Shown piece after piece: positions 13,540-27,447 of a stretch of 64,000 nt of DNA. The position numbers were made by a program, and so were the translations under genes. The notes under the pieces were generated by a model that did no database searches, was not told the DNA's origin, and saw nothing but the letters and a program-made list of their open reading frames with translations. Source of the stretch: Octopus sinensis (lineage: Eukaryota). How positions within the stretch are numbered: position 1 is the stretch's first letter; every line of letters begins with the position of its first letter. The stretch spans positions 19,034,001 to 19,098,000 of the forward strand of contig NC_043006.1 in NCBI RefSeq assembly GCF_006345805.1, written 5' to 3'.

Positions 13540-14310
13540 ATAGCATGGATATAGATGTTAGAGGTTTCGAAGCAGTTGTCCATAGATATCCTCTTCTTCT
13601 TTGCTTTTCAAAGAGATGTTTATATCTCAAGGGCAGCTAACCTCTATGATGCCTTCTATCACAAACAACAATATCCTGCCTGTTATTCTTACATTTGACA
13701 GAAATGTTGATGGGAATATTTCACCAGTATTCCTTGAGTTACTGTTTATGAATGTATTCCATAACAGAGAGATTTTCTAAGTGTATTTCAGGACAGTCTG
13801 TTTTTGCGGATGACATTGTAAATAGTTTTAGCAACAACATCGTGCCGCATAGGGAGGCACTACCGTGACAAGAGTTTAGGACAACTGCTAATCAGATGCG
13901 TAATGTCTTCCACAAAGACACGACATAGCCTACACATGCGGTTGCACCTTGGGATTACAAGAGCGTCACAGTCTCTCTTGTTCACCAGGTGCTTTGTGGC
14001 AATTACCTGCCTGTTCTTGGATTGCAAACGAATATCCTTCAAAGAGTGATGTGATGTAGTGGTACTGTGTCAATTCTACTGTCTTCTTCAAGCTTCCGAG
14101 CAACATACCCATGCATGGTCTCTTTTTTGTATGCTCAGTGCTTTCCATCCAGGTCTTCTCTGAGGTAAGAGAGCTCAGCTGCTTTGGAGAGCGGTACAGG
14201 CGATCATCAGGAAGAGAGTGTTTCTTGAGGAGCTCACTGCCAACTCGTACAATGTTGCTCATTTCACTTTTCATGAGTGCATTAATACTTATTCTTGGTG
14301 CTGTTGTTTA
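13540..14310 (-). mobile_element. R4/Dong-like (restriction-like endonuclease) LINE C-terminal fragment
   Basis: CCHC knuckle CRLCRVFVEDITHLISSC, then RHDVVAK and NNRQDIVV (NRPD-like); multiple stops. Confidence 0.8.
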
Positions 14311-15785
14311 GCAGGTTCTGCCTGAGTGATACCATACGGCCGTTTAATACCAATGATCAAATTCTAATTGTTAATCCATTTCTTTTCTTATCTCAATATA
14401 TTAAACCACGGTTATACCATTTAAATTACCAACTACTGTTAACCTTATAGCAAGGCCTGTACATAGTGAGGTAATACACCAGTAGTGCCTACGGATACGT
14501 TTTTCTCTTAGACGGTTGCATAATCTCTAACTCATAAATTTTATACATAACTATTGAGAAGTTACTTAATAGAATTCCTGAGCGACTATCGAGATATAAA
14601 TGTACTACACGCATATAAATGTACTTTTGCATAATACAGTGAGAATGTACTTTGAGAAACTGTTAACTTAATGTAATTTAATTTAAGGTATGGATAACTT
14701 TAGGTTACTTTTAGCTTCCCTGTTCTTCTACACACCAAGTAAATAACTGGCTCGCTTTGTAATAATGAGTGCACCAAACCTCGCCTGTGCGTGTGCTCGC
14801 ATTTTTGTTGATGCTTGAATGAGCGTGTGCACTCGTGCCCTGCAGCTTGCCCGAGGGCGTTTATACATCCATATCTTTTAAAGGTTATTTTCAATACTAT
14901 TCTCGCTGGATTACGCGTTCGTTTCTCTTTTTGTCTTTTGTAATTATATTTTTGTTCTTCGTTATATAAGAAGATTTTTTTCCTCTGTCTGGCTGTTTTT
15001 CTCTCAACAGAACAGTAAGTTATATTGTGGAACAATCATTTTAACGACTTGTTTTTATATATTTAGCACCCGACAAGATACATCTGCACCACCGGATGCT
15101 CCTGAACCAGTTGTTGAGTGTTCCATTCAAGAGGAATCGATGCTTGATATGTCGAAACAATTGTCGTGATTAATAATAAATTCTCGTATATTCTATCTTC
15201 TGTCTTTCATTTGTTATATATATATATGTGTGTGTGTGCGTGTGTGCCTGTGTGTGTGTATACATACATATATATATAAATATATATACATATGTACACA
15301 CACACACTTTCCTTTACACTAAAATGCTTTAATGTGTGGGTGTGTGGGTGTGTATGTGAGCGGGACAAAGACATGTTCCTGGTTGTTATTCATATATAAA
15401 CACCCTCTGGAAGAAAATCAGCTATGCTAGAGAATTTAGCTCATTTTCTTCATGATTCACCTCATTATACTATAACGGTCCACCGTTCCAAGTGCCTCGC
15501 CTTCCTCTCCTTTGAGATAATAAACATAGCAACATAGTTTGGATTTTTTTTCTCCCAGAATATATTTTCATGCTTTCAAAGGATTAAATCCGAAGTTTAT
15601 TTAATTTGAATTATTCACAGATATTGGGATGCAAACATGTTCTATATTTGCCCGGAAACGGCAATTAATGATTGAAATCATTTTAGTCATCATCTATTTT
15701 ATATGTCATGAGGAAGATGATGATGATGATGATGATAATAAGGAGAATGATGATGATAATGAGGTAGATGATGATAATTATAGTA

Positions 15786-16008
15786 ATCCTTTCTACAATA
15801 GGCACAAGGCCTGGAATTTGTGGGGAGGGTAATAATCAATTACATCGACTCCAGTTTTTAACTGCTACTTAATTTATCGACCCGAAAAGAATGAAAGGCA
15901 AAGTCGACCTAGGCAGTATTTGAACTCAGAACGTAAAGACGGACGAAATGTCGCTAAGCATTTTGCCCGGTGTGTTAACGATTCTGCCAGTTTACGCCCT
16001 TAATAACA
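15786..16008 (-). mobile_element. SINE family C variant (Deu/Nin-like core)
   Basis: Core gtcgactttgcctttcat..tttcgggtcgataaattaagta on the minus strand. Confidence 0.8.
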
Positions 16009-16022
16009 ACAACAACAACAAC

Positions 16023-16088
<66 letters not shown>

Positions 16089-16089
<1 letters not shown>

Positions 16090-16575
16090 TACATTGTTTT
16101 GTCTTGGTATAAAAGATGAGCTACAGCAGATATTCTGCTCAATACCACAGATCTGCTTGTCAGTCATTTGACCTTAACCATTCGAGCATGTCCCTTAATG
16201 GCCGACGATATATGCATCTCTGATCACGAGCAGGAGTAGTGGGGGAGCATCATAGCCATGTGTTGAGAGGGATTCTTTGGAGTTTGAATAATTCACCTCT
16301 GGAAACATGGGTGGTTCTTTCAACATCCTTAAACAACCCTTATTCAGGGACCTTTTGAGCGGGATGGGCTACTCGACCAGAAGAAAATTCTAACTGGGCC
16401 CCACCTGCAAGGTCATGTGCTGTTTATCTTGATATGAGATCACCATGTCGCGCACATATGGTTGTGATGCATGTGCCTGGTGTACCCTTATCAGACGGGT
16501 AGTCATGATGGGTATATTGGGCTTCGTATATTTTACCCCTGTGTCACTTTGATGGCACGAACTGCTCTCTCACTC
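16089..16575 (+). mobile_element. Repeat family E, 5'-truncated copy between (TAA)n tracts
   Basis: Closely matches 24860-25408; (TAA)n on both sides. Confidence 0.85.
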
Positions 16576-16600
16576 AATAATAATAATAATAATAATAATA

Positions 16601-18376
16601 GGTTACAAAACTGTCATCAAAGCCTAAAATATGTGGTGCGGGCTGAAACATTAAAGATGCAGCACTATACTGATCTATATCGCAGTTGCAGCAAAACCGA
16701 TTATTCTCAAATGACCAGCGGTAGTTTTTTTATGGGCTTAGGAGGAAATACGGATGATAATATACCTCCTGAAGCAGAAGAAACCAACCAATTTTGGAAT
16801 AAAATCTGGGGGCATGAAGTTTCGTACAACTACAGTGCGGAGTGGATTCATTCCGTGAGATCCGAACTCCATCATCCAGAGGCTCCATGACAGGACCATG
16901 TGCGTATAACAACAGATGTCATTACACAGGTATAAAATCTGCCAAACTGGAAAGCGGCAGGACCAGATGGAATTCAGGGCTACTGGTTCAAGTTGATCAG
17001 ATCAATACACAAGAGAAATGCGTTGCAATTGGACAATTGCCTACAGAGCGGATGATAGAGAGAAGAACAACATTGTTAATAAAAGATCGGTCAAAGGACA
17101 AAGAGGATGGCAATTACCGAGCTATTGCTTGTCTTAACTCCCTATGGAAAGTATCAACAGGTACCCTCACAGGAAAAATATATACGTTTCTTGTGGAAAA
17201 CAATCTTCAGCTAGTAGAACAAAAGGAATGCCGAAAAACATCCAAGTGCACCAAAGACCACCTTGTAATAGACAAGATTATAATGAAGAACTGTAAACGG
17301 TATGTGTAGGCGTACGAGTGGCTGTGTGGTAAGTAGCTTGCTTACGAACCACATTGTTCCGGGTTCAGTCCCACTGCGTGGCACCTTGGGCTAGTGTCTT
17401 CTACTATAGCCTCGGGCCGACCAAAGCCTTGTGAGTGGATTTGGTAGACGGAAACTGAAAGAAGCCCATCGCATATATGTATATATGTATGTGTGTATGT
17501 GTGTGTATATGTTTGTGTGTCTGTGTTTGTCCCTCCCCAACATCACTTGACAACCGATGGTGGTGTGTTTACGTCCCCGTAACTTAGCGGTTCGGTAAAA
17601 GAGACCGATAGAATAAGTACTAAGCTTACAAAGAATAAGTCATGGGGTCGATTCGCTCGACTAAAAAGGCGGTGCTCCAGCATTGCCACGGTTAAATGAC
17701 TGAAACACGTAAAAGACTAAAAGAGTATAAGGTACCAAAAATTCTATGTATAGTCTTGATAAACTTCAAAAAGGCTTTCGAAATGTTGCCGCATTCGTGG
17801 ATTTTGGAAACACTTGACATTTGTGGAATAGCTGAGAAAATGTGTGCACTGATTAAAAACAGCATGCCTAGTTGAAAAACGCGTGTTTCCTGTAACAACC
17901 AGCACTTAGCCGAGGTAGCAATCAAATGAGGTTATCTTCGAAGGAGACTTGTTCACCTCTGTTATTTGTCACAACTTTGATCCTACTTTCTGTAATCCTA
18001 CATAAAAATCAACGTGCACTATGAACTGAGAAAGAACGAACCTTGTCTCAACCACCTTCTCTTCATGGATGATTTAAAACAGTTCGCAAAAACAGAGCCT
18101 GAAATGGAGAGGCTGGTTGAGACAGTGCAAAGATGCTGTAATCGGCGCATTGGGTTCAATACCAACTAATCTGAAAAAAAAAAAAACATCTGAAAACCTT
18201 AGAGATACTCTATAATGTAGATGTATTGCAAAAGCTCGCATTTTTGGAACTGCACACATATTGCTTAAAGTACTGTGTGCCTGAGGTCCTTATCTGACTT
18301 GACAAACAGTATAAAACCCCGGTAGATACAATATCTTCAATCAACAACCTCACGATATTGTAAACTGTGCGACGTC

Positions 18377-18440
<64 letters not shown>

Positions 18441-19330
18441 CAACAACAACAATAATAATGATAATTGGTTGAGAAAGTATAGTGGTATAAGTACTTGGGA
18501 AAACTGGAAGCAGGTGAGATAAAAATGAAAAAATGAAACAAATCATTGTTAGGGAGTACACAAGGAGTGTTAGAAAATTATTGCAGTCTAAGCTGAATTC
18601 CAAACATCTCATTGAAGTAATGAATTCATGTGCAGTACCCTTAATCAGATATGGAGCTGGAATAATAAACTGGACCAGAATCGAAATAGAAAAACTCGAC
18701 AGAAAAACTAAGAAGCTGTTGACGATGTATGGAGCCCACCATCCGAATGCTGATAACAGCCGGCTGTACTTGAGTAGAGATCAGAGTGAAAGAGGCTTAA
18801 TAGCCGTAGAAGAATGTGTACAGATGGAAACAAGAAGTCCAGTAGAAGATTTTATAGAGCAGCACAAAAAAAATGTAGATCTTGTGACACAATGAAACAG
18901 TGACACACATTGTGACAGAATATCCCAAGTTGGCACGGAGGAACGACCAGGTTGCAAAAGTCTTATATTGGAAGCTGTGTCAGAAATGGGGATTTGAAAC
19001 TGGAAGCACATTGTATAATCATCGGGGTCTTAAGAGTACTTGAGTCGGAAAAATGTAGGATTTTGTGGGACTTTCCAATTCAAACGGACAATAAATTAGA
19101 AAACAATAGACCAACCATTACAATCATGCCCACTTGATTCCAACATCGTAAAGAAAGAGGAAGAATAATAAGGAAAATACAATCGCCTAAAATTTGAAAT
19201 AGGAAGACTTTGAAGGATGAGAAGAGTAAAGGACGTGCCTATAATAATTGGTGCACTAGGAACAGTAAGCCAACATATAGACAAGACTGGGGGAGATTGA
19301 AATATTAAGTCGTCAAGTATGAAATCTGTA
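16601..19330 (+). mobile_element. Degenerate R4/Dong-like LINE: RT, thumb and RLE pieces, interrupted by a SINE and (TAA)n
   Basis: GNYRAIACLNSLWK, KDHLVIDK, KKAFEMLPHSWILETL, NHLLFMDDLKQF, RKLLQSKLNSK..LIRYGAGII, ILWDFPIQTD..NNRP, IIIGALGT. Confidence 0.85.
17308..17727 (+). mobile_element. SINE family B inserted in the R4-like RT
   Basis: Family head and tail; RT reading resumes after about 17730. Confidence 0.9.
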
Positions 19331-19344
19331 GAAAAGAGAAAAAA

Positions 19345-20400
19345 GTTTACTAATGTTTTATAAATACAATGAATAGTTTTATTCATCAAATCATGCACAC
19401 ATATTGTCAATACACTTTGGCCATTTCAGCGGTAGCTTGTCCACCCGGAACTGTAAAAGCCTGGCAATCTAGAGTCAATAAAATGTTAGAAGGCCTGTTT
19501 TACAGCATCGTGAGAATTAAATTTTTTTCCTATCAAAAAGTTATCCAAATTCTTGAAGAAGTGGTAGTCAGTGGGGGCAAGATCAGGTGAGTATGGTGGA
19601 TGAGGGAGAACTTTCAACTTTAACTCCAGTAGTTTCGCCAATGTCCTTTTTGCGATGTGTGGTCTGGTGTTGCCTTGCAATAAAATAGGAGTGGATCTGT
19701 TGACTAAAGTAGGCTGGTGTTTTTTTTGTAAGTTTCTGCATCATTTGGAACAGTTGGATGCAGTATACGTCAACCGTGATTGATAAGCTAGGGCTAGGTT
19801 TAAGGAAATCATAATGGATCACACCTGTCCCAGACCACCAAACACACACCATCAGATTCTTTTCATGAATTTTGCTTATTTTGGACAGTGGTTCATCGTT
19901 GCCCAACCATTGTGCTGAACGTTTACGGCTGTTGTATTGGGTCCATCTCTCATCACATTACAATTCGATTATAAAAATGATTCATTTTTGTGACGAGAAA
20001 GTAGCATAATGCAGGCTTCCAAATGTTGCTGTTTCTGATTTTCATTGAGTTCATGTGGAAACCACTTATCCAACTTTTTCACTTTACCGATTTGAACTGG
20101 GTGAGTCAATATTGTTTGCTTGCTAACACCAAACAACAACGACAATTCATGGGCACTTTGAGATGGATCTGACTCGACAGTGGCTTTCAGTTCGTCATTT
20201 GTGAGGTCAAAGTCGCCAAAACGAAATTTTGTAAACCAATTTGATATAATAACATTAGAATGAAATACTCCATTAATATCCCGAGCTATCTGTGTCAAAA
20301 CTGTACGAATTTCCGACTTATTCATATCTAAACAAAAATAGCAAAAAACGATTTAAAATACTTTATAAAGCGCAAAATGGGTTAGAATAAAGAAATAGGT
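19345..20400 (-). mobile_element. Mariner transposon relic
   Basis: WFTKFRFGDFDL, KKLDKWFPHEL, MVCVWWSGTGVIHYDFL, NTRPH, HPPYSPDLAPTDYHFF; frameshifted; ends not resolved. Confidence 0.9.
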
Positions 20401-22307
20401 GTGTCAAAATATAATAAGGCACACAGAGCTGCGCTCGGTAGTGAAGTGAAAGCACGATATAAAAAATATACTACTGAATAATAATAATAATAATGTTTTC
20501 AAATTATTAGCTATCATATTTACATAGTTGGAGTGTTACATTCAATTACATCTCCTACAATGAATGACTGATATTTCCTATATTGAGATATTAAAAAATG
20601 GTTGGGCTTTAGATAATTATTTTCTTTATCAGCATCTTCATCAACATTATGATGACGTGTGTGTTCATCCTAATACAGAACAGGTTTCAAAAACGGCAGC
20701 AGTTGAGTACGATCATTGATAAAAATAATGATAAGGAAATGGATGTTGGAGATGATGTTCAGATATGCTGATAATGGTGGTAGTGTTGATGGTGGTGGTG
20801 TTGGTGGTGATGATGGTGGATATGATGATGAGGATGAGGTGAAGGTGTAGGCGGGTGATGGTAGTAGTGGTGGTGGTGGTGGTGGTGGTGGTGGTTGTGA
20901 TGTGATTGTGGTGGTCATGATGATGTCAGCGATATCAGTAATTGCGGCATAGCTGAAGGAAGTGTCTTTATGTTGAGGGTTTAAACAATAATTATTAATG
21001 TCGAAAATACGTTCCTTTCCTGACTATTATTATCTCGTTGATGCCATCAGCTACATTGGATCATGACAAAAGCTATCAATAATTCAAATTATTTGTTTTC
21101 CTTACTGTTGCATTACTGCTGTTATGGATTGTTGTTGTTGTTAAGCAGCAAGACGGGTAAGGGTGATTAGGTGATGGTCTAGGGCTTAGGGGTGGGAAAC
21201 CCCAGACCTTGGAAAAAAAACTTTGGTCGTCTTGTTGTAGTCGAGGGCTCTTCGTTGACGCCCGACACCACTGGGAGGTGGCCCTCGAAGTCGCTGGAAA
21301 TGGAGATCTCCAGGTCCAAATTCTTGAACGGCTGCTGTTGTGGATGTTATGCACTCTATCAACTCCGATCCAACAAAGCTACCAGCGGGGCAACTCCGTC
21401 TCACTTCGAGACATAATATAACTTCAAATTCATCTCAGAGAACTATAGGGTTGATTAATGTTCTGGGTATGACTTGAAACTGTATCCCGTAGAGACACTC
21501 TGTTTCGATAAACTGCAGGATTTTGAAGAGGGCGAGACCACTTCTTAAGCATTGTTGTTCCCAAGTCTACTGTAACTCAGAGTAGATGCATCTGTCAGGG
21601 TCCCACCTATGGGTTAAGTTCTTATGAAAGAAAACTCCAAGCGCAAATCCTCACTACCTTGAGGAAGGAAAATTGCTAGGGGAGACAATCCCGATAGTCA
21701 CTCAAGGAATGTAATCTCTCAGGCGTCCGGTGCTCTCCTTTTTGATATCCTTCCAGCAACTGTAGTGGAACTGTAAGCGGAATCCTTCACCCCTTAAAGC
21801 AATTCACCCAGCAGGAGGTTACTTCAATGAAAAGCTTGTGATTTGCTGACCGTTGCAATCGTCTCAGATTGCAGAGCTAGAGAGGTCAGACCTCTTGGTC
21901 TAAAGAGTGAGATCCGATTGCGCAGAATGACTTTCACTTTTATACTACTAAGCGCAAAGCAGGAAAAAAAGTGCTGTTGCGTCAAGGATAAGATTCCATA
22001 GCCACTTGAAACACGAAGACTCGAAGAAAGTGCCATCAATAGTACTTATAGTGGTGCTACTCAGTATAACAGAAATACGACGGCCATAGCTATTCAGCGT
22101 TACATTGTCAATTAAGATGTCTAAAGTTCAAATGCACTATAGGTGTTTATGGCCAATATCATTTACTCTAAAAACGGAAAGTGCGTTCAAGACTGGATCT
22201 TAGATTGCATTTCGATAATATCCTCCTTAGGAATGTCAAGAAAATATTGACATTTTGAATAAGAGTGGAGTGAAATAGCATAGAAGGAGAACGAAAATCG
22301 CACAGCA

Positions 22308-22390
<83 letters not shown>

Positions 22391-22989
22391 GTATATGCAT
22401 ATATATATGTGTGTGTGTGCTTGTATATTTATATATACATACATGCATACATACATACGTATATTCATACATATATGTGTATGTATACAGATGTATGTTT
22501 CTGTGTATGTAATCTGTGCATTTTCTACATATGTATGTATTCTGCAAACACACGCTCACACAAAACGCACATACGTACGCACACAAAAATACATTTTTTA
22601 TTTCATATATCCTTAGATATGCTCTGGAAAGCAAAAGAACAAGCCCTGAACTTTCTATAAATTAGCAAAGTCACCAACCACGGAGCCATACAAAATAGCA
22701 GCGCTATTCGTTGACCGTCGACCCCCCCGCCCCAAAGGTTTAATGAAGTGCTCAGTAAACAATTCAAAATTGTCTACACCTTCCCGCTAGACACATACAG
22801 ATAAATAACCCGACTGAATTCGTTGACATTACAGTTCTGCAAATAAAGACAGCAAGCCTTGGTTACATCGACACTGAGCACGTAGATGTAACAGCAAACA
22901 GAGATGCAGTTAGTTTCAACTCGGCAACTGGTCTTACTCGTTTCCAAGGAATTTTCTTAAAGCCATATTCGTAGGCTTTTGTCGAACCA

Positions 22990-23268
22990 CTTCATATACT
23001 TTTCGAGAGGAGCAAGGCACTTTATTTCACGTTGCTCCAGTTCACTCACCTGTAGAAATGAGCTGCGACGTCACTGGTGCCAAGCTGTATCGACCTTTGT
23101 CTTTCCCTTGGATAACACTGGTGGCGTGGAGAGGGGAGGCTGGTATGCATGGGCGACTGCTGGCCTTCCATAAACAACCTTGCCCGGACTTGTGTCTAGG
23201 AGGATGACTTTCTAGGTGCAATCCCATGGTCATTCATGACCAAAGGGGGTCTTTACCCCTTTACCCTT
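22990..23268 (+). mobile_element. SINE-like element, family F, head degraded
   Basis: gcaaggcactttatttcacgttgctccagttcactca..ctgtagaaatgag resembles conserved SINE central domains; (tttaccc)n tail; single copy here. Confidence 0.55.
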
Positions 23269-23312
23269 GCAAGTGGTAAACTTGCTAAAACGCTTAAGGG
23301 TATCATATTAAA

Positions 23313-23544
23313 GGCGGCGAGCTGGCAGAAATGTTAGCACGCCGGGCGAAATGCTTAGCGGTATTTCATCTGCGTTACGTTGTGAGTTCAAATTCCGCCG
23401 AGGTCGACTTTGCTTTTCATCCTTTCGGGGTCGATTAATTATGTACCAGTTACGCACTGGGGTCGATGTAATCGACTTAATACCTATGTCTGTCCTTGTT
23501 TGTCCCCTCTGTGTTTAGCCCCTTGTGGGTAATAAAGAAATAGG
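23313..23544 (+). mobile_element. SINE family C (ggcggcgagctggcagaa...gtaataaagaaatagg)
   Basis: Matches 26573-26803 and 29283-29508; near-perfect TSD ggtatYatatt at 23299-23309 and 23543-23553. Confidence 0.9.
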
Positions 23545-23769
23545 TATTATATTCCCTATCCATAAAGGCAGACGCAGAAGAGATTAAAATCTACGTGCCT
23601 ATCTCTGACTTTACGTATCAAGAAAGTCATGTAACAAATCGTCAGAAGAAGGAAACTGATAATGTTCCTAAAAGAAAGTGACTTGCTGAATGATACTTTA
23701 CGTGCTTTTTGTTTAGGAAGAGGCCGCCTTTCACAGCTCTTACGACAGCATCACACTTAGTTTTGAAGC

Positions 23770-24790
23770 AATTGCTCAATCATTCAAATGTCGATATGAT
23801 GTATCTTGACTTTGCAGAGGCCCTTGACAGGGTGGATCATGGCATGTTTTGTCATAAGTTGTGATATTTTGGCATAGCTGGTAAACTAGGAGAGAGGCTA
23901 TATGTCTTCTTAAAAGATGAAAATTGGCAGTTGCAGCCAGTCCAGTAGTGCCTTCTGTAAGGAAACACAAATTCTGATTGGAGTTCTTCAGGGAAGGCCA
24001 TTACTGTTTATAGTAGCTCTCTTAGACATTACCATGGTCCTTCAACAACTATTGTTACTAGCTATGCTCATGATACAAAATTATCACAGGAAGTAGAGAA
24101 CCCTAACGATGTCGAAATCTTGCAGAGGAACATAAATGTAAAATACAAGCGCTCTGAATAAAACAAAATACTGTTTTATGCTGGAAAATATCTAGCGCTG
24201 AGGTATCAGCTCAGAAATGCACTACTACTGAAGCCGAAAGCACTGCGATCCTAGATTCACAGGCATTGTGAGATTTGGGAATCAGTATGTTCAATGATGC
24301 ATCATTTCATGTGCATATTGTCAAGATTCTATACAATTTGCTTGATGGATAATAAGGTCTTTCAAGACAAGAGACCGAGAAGTTTTGGCTGAGATTGTGG
24401 AAGGTATTTGTTTTCACCCTCCTAGACTACTGCTTTCGGCTACGGTCACCACAGTGTTTCAAAGTAACAGCGGAGCTTCAATGGATCCAACGTTACTACA
24501 CTACAAAGAATGCCATAAAGCAGCAAATAAACTACTTGCGATTGATTGAAAAAAACTACGATTTAATACATAGAGCGAAAATGCGAGAGGTTGTAAAAAT
24601 TTACAGGTGAAAAATTATGGCAGAAGTAGTAGTTAAATTTGGCATCGAGAGGTATTCAAAAGGATGTACTAGAGGTCATTGCGTACTACCAAATGTACTG
24701 TCCACCCCATCCAGCACTTGCTACAAAACCTTGTCGAGAAGCTGCTTCAAAACCCAGTCATCCAAAATAAATAGAGAATTTTGAGTTTTC
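23770..24790 (+). mobile_element. Old CR1-type LINE RT fragment
   Basis: MYLDFAEALDRVDHG, YAHDTKL (YADD-like), FKTRD, LLDYC..SP; many stops. Confidence 0.75.
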
Positions 24791-24804
24791 ATGAAATAAT
24801 AATG

Positions 24805-24855
<51 letters not shown>

Positions 24856-24859
24856 TAAT

Positions 24860-25408
24860 GCCCCGATGCAGTACCAGGAAGTGGCTCTCGTGGCTTCTGC
24901 TCTTAACTGATTAGAAGTCTTATGTACATTGTTTTGTCTTGGTATAAAAGATGGGCTACAGCAGATATTCTGCTCAATACCACAGATTTGCTTGTCAGTC
25001 ATTTGACCTTAACCATTCGAGCATGTCCCTTAGTGGCCGACGATATGTGAATCTCTGACCACAAGCAGAAGTAGTGGGGGCATCATATCCGTGTGTTGAG
25101 AGGGATTCTTTGAGGTTTGAATAATTTACCTCTGGAAACATGGGTGTTTCTTTCAACATCTTTAAACAACCCTTATTCGGGGACCTTTTGAGTGAGATGG
25201 GTTATTCTAGCAGAAGAAAGTTCTAACTGGGCTCCACCTGCAAGGTCATGGGCTGTTTATGTTGATATGAGATCACCATGTCGCGCACATATGGTTGTGA
25301 TGCATGTGCCTGGTGTACCCTTATCAGACGGGTAGTAATGATGGGTATACTGGGCTTCGTATACTTTACCCCAGTGTCACTTTGATGGCATGCACCTCTC
25401 TCTCACTC
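24860..25408 (+). mobile_element. Repeat family E, longer copy between (TAA)n tracts
   Basis: Matches 16089-16575 plus about 65 extra 5' bases. Confidence 0.85.
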
Positions 25409-25449
<41 letters not shown>

Positions 25450-25705
25450 CTGCAGATGTTTGGTTTTACTGACATCAGAAATTTTCTGATGCACAGCATG
25501 AAAGAGTGGACAGCCAAATTGTACTCAAGGACCGTGTCCCTTGGAGGGATCAATATTAAAAGGGTAATCTTCAAAGGTGACTCGTTTTCTCCGTTACTTT
25601 TTGTAATTTCAATAATAGCGATAACAATGATAGTAAAGTTAATATGGGTTACGGATGTGGGAAGAAAGGCACATCATATAACCATCTTCTTATGGATGAC
25701 CTGAA

Positions 25706-25770
<65 letters not shown>

Positions 25771-26054
25771 CAACAACAACAACAAAAACAACAACAACAA
25801 TAACAACAACAACAAGATAGTGCTCATGGGAACTGCTCTTATCCTACGCAAAATACTTTCTATGTAATCTCAAGTTTTAAAACAAACATAATTTTCGTAT
25901 GGTTTTTAGGCATTCACTAGTACAACACTAAGTACAAAACCAAATATATGGCACCCTAGGCATAACACCAGCATGAACTTCCAACTTGTTGTCTCTTGAG
26001 GTCTCTGGACGAGACTTTGAGCGAGCTTGTGCAAATGTAAAGCAAAAGTCAAAC

Positions 26055-26113
<59 letters not shown>

Positions 26114-26118
26114 GTAAA

Positions 26119-26153
<35 letters not shown>

Positions 26154-26226
26154 TGATGATGATGATGACGATGATGATGATGATGATGACTACGACGACG
26201 ACGACGACGATGTCGATGACGATGAC

Positions 26227-26269
<43 letters not shown>

Positions 26270-26460
26270 GTGATGATGATTAATAGACACAATGCAGACA
26301 CTGAAGGATTTTTAATTGAAGCACACGATCAAAACCTTTCCACCGGAAATCACCAAAAACACACAATGAAAAGAAATACAAGTAAATAAGTAACTGCAGA
26401 ATATGTGGTAATAGAGAAGAAACAAGAAACCATATTGTCTTTGGTTGACAATTTGGTTGA
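25450..26460. mobile_element. Fragments of R4/Dong-like LINE among (TAA)n/(TGA)n tracts
   Basis: IKRVIFKGDSFSPLLF (25450-25705 +), DTEGFLIEAHDQNLST (26280-26400 +), and a minus-strand piece at 25840-26050. Confidence 0.65.
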
Positions 26461-26501
26461 AAATTTCAGCTATATATATATATATATATATATTTGTGTG
26501 T

Positions 26502-26533
<32 letters not shown>

Positions 26534-26536
26534 CTT

Positions 26537-27126
26537 GGAGGCGCAATGGCCCAGTGTTTAGGCAGTGGACTTGCGCGAGCTGGCAGAAACATTAGCACGC
26601 CGGGCGAAATGCTTAGCGGTATTTCGTCTGCGTTACGTTGTGAGTTCAAATTCCACCGAGGTCGACTTTGCCTTTCATCCTTTCGGGGTCGATAAATTAA
26701 GTACCAGTTACGCACTGGGGGTCGATGTAATCGACTTAATACCTATGTCTGTCCCTGTTTGTCTCCTCTGTGTTTAGCCCCTTGTGGGTAATAAAGAAAT
26801 AGGTCGTAGGATCACCGTTTCGATTTCCAGACACGGCGTTGTGAGTGTTTATTGAGCAAAAACACCCAAAGTTCTACGAGGCCACAGCAGGGGGTGGTGG
26901 GGAACTCTTCTGTACTCTCTCACCACAACTTTCACTCACTCTTTCTTGTAACTGTATTTCAAAGGTTCAGCCTTTTCACACTGTGTCACGCTGAATCTCC
27001 TCGAGACTACGTTAAGAGTACACATGTCTGTGGAGTGCTCAGCCACTTCCACGTTAATTTCACGAGCAGGCTGTTCCGTAGATCGGATCTACTGGAACCC
27101 TCGTCGTCGTAACCGACGGAGTGCCA
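26537..27126 (+). mobile_element. SINE family A with a family C SINE nested in its tRNA-like head
   Basis: A head 26537-26572, C at 26573-26803, A resumes with tcgtaggatc at 26804. Confidence 0.88.
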
Positions 27127-27396
27127 CGATGTATGTATGTATGTATGTTTATATATACATGTATCTATGTACATATATGTATGTATTTATATACACACAT
27201 ACACATACACACATACATATATATATGCATATATATATATATTTATAAATATATACATACGTATATATGTACACACACACACACACACGCATATATATAT
27301 ATATATATATGTAGGTCCCGGGTTGATTCGGGGTTAACCATAGTAAATAAGGTACTCAATACATAGTAGAGTAAAATTAATTTATTATATAGAAGG

Positions 27397-27447
27397 AGCT
27401 TCTACAGGACTAGAACTGTTTCATTCAGGAGAAATCTTCAGGAAGCT
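27397..27447 (-). ncRNA. Type I hammerhead ribozyme motif
   Basis: AGCUUC-CUGAAGA-UUUC uccu GAAU-GAA-ACAG uucuaguc CUGU-A-GAAGCU; GUA triplet; U.U at the base of stem II. Confidence 0.7.

Noticed and set aside
15120-15175. Hammerhead remnants (GAAA-CAATTG-TC here; GAAA-CAGCTG-TA near 33735)
   Set aside because: No recognisable CUGANGA core or stem I.
24860-24930. HDV-like ribozyme at the 5' end of family E
   Set aside because: No complement to the putative P1 strand GCCCCGA was found.
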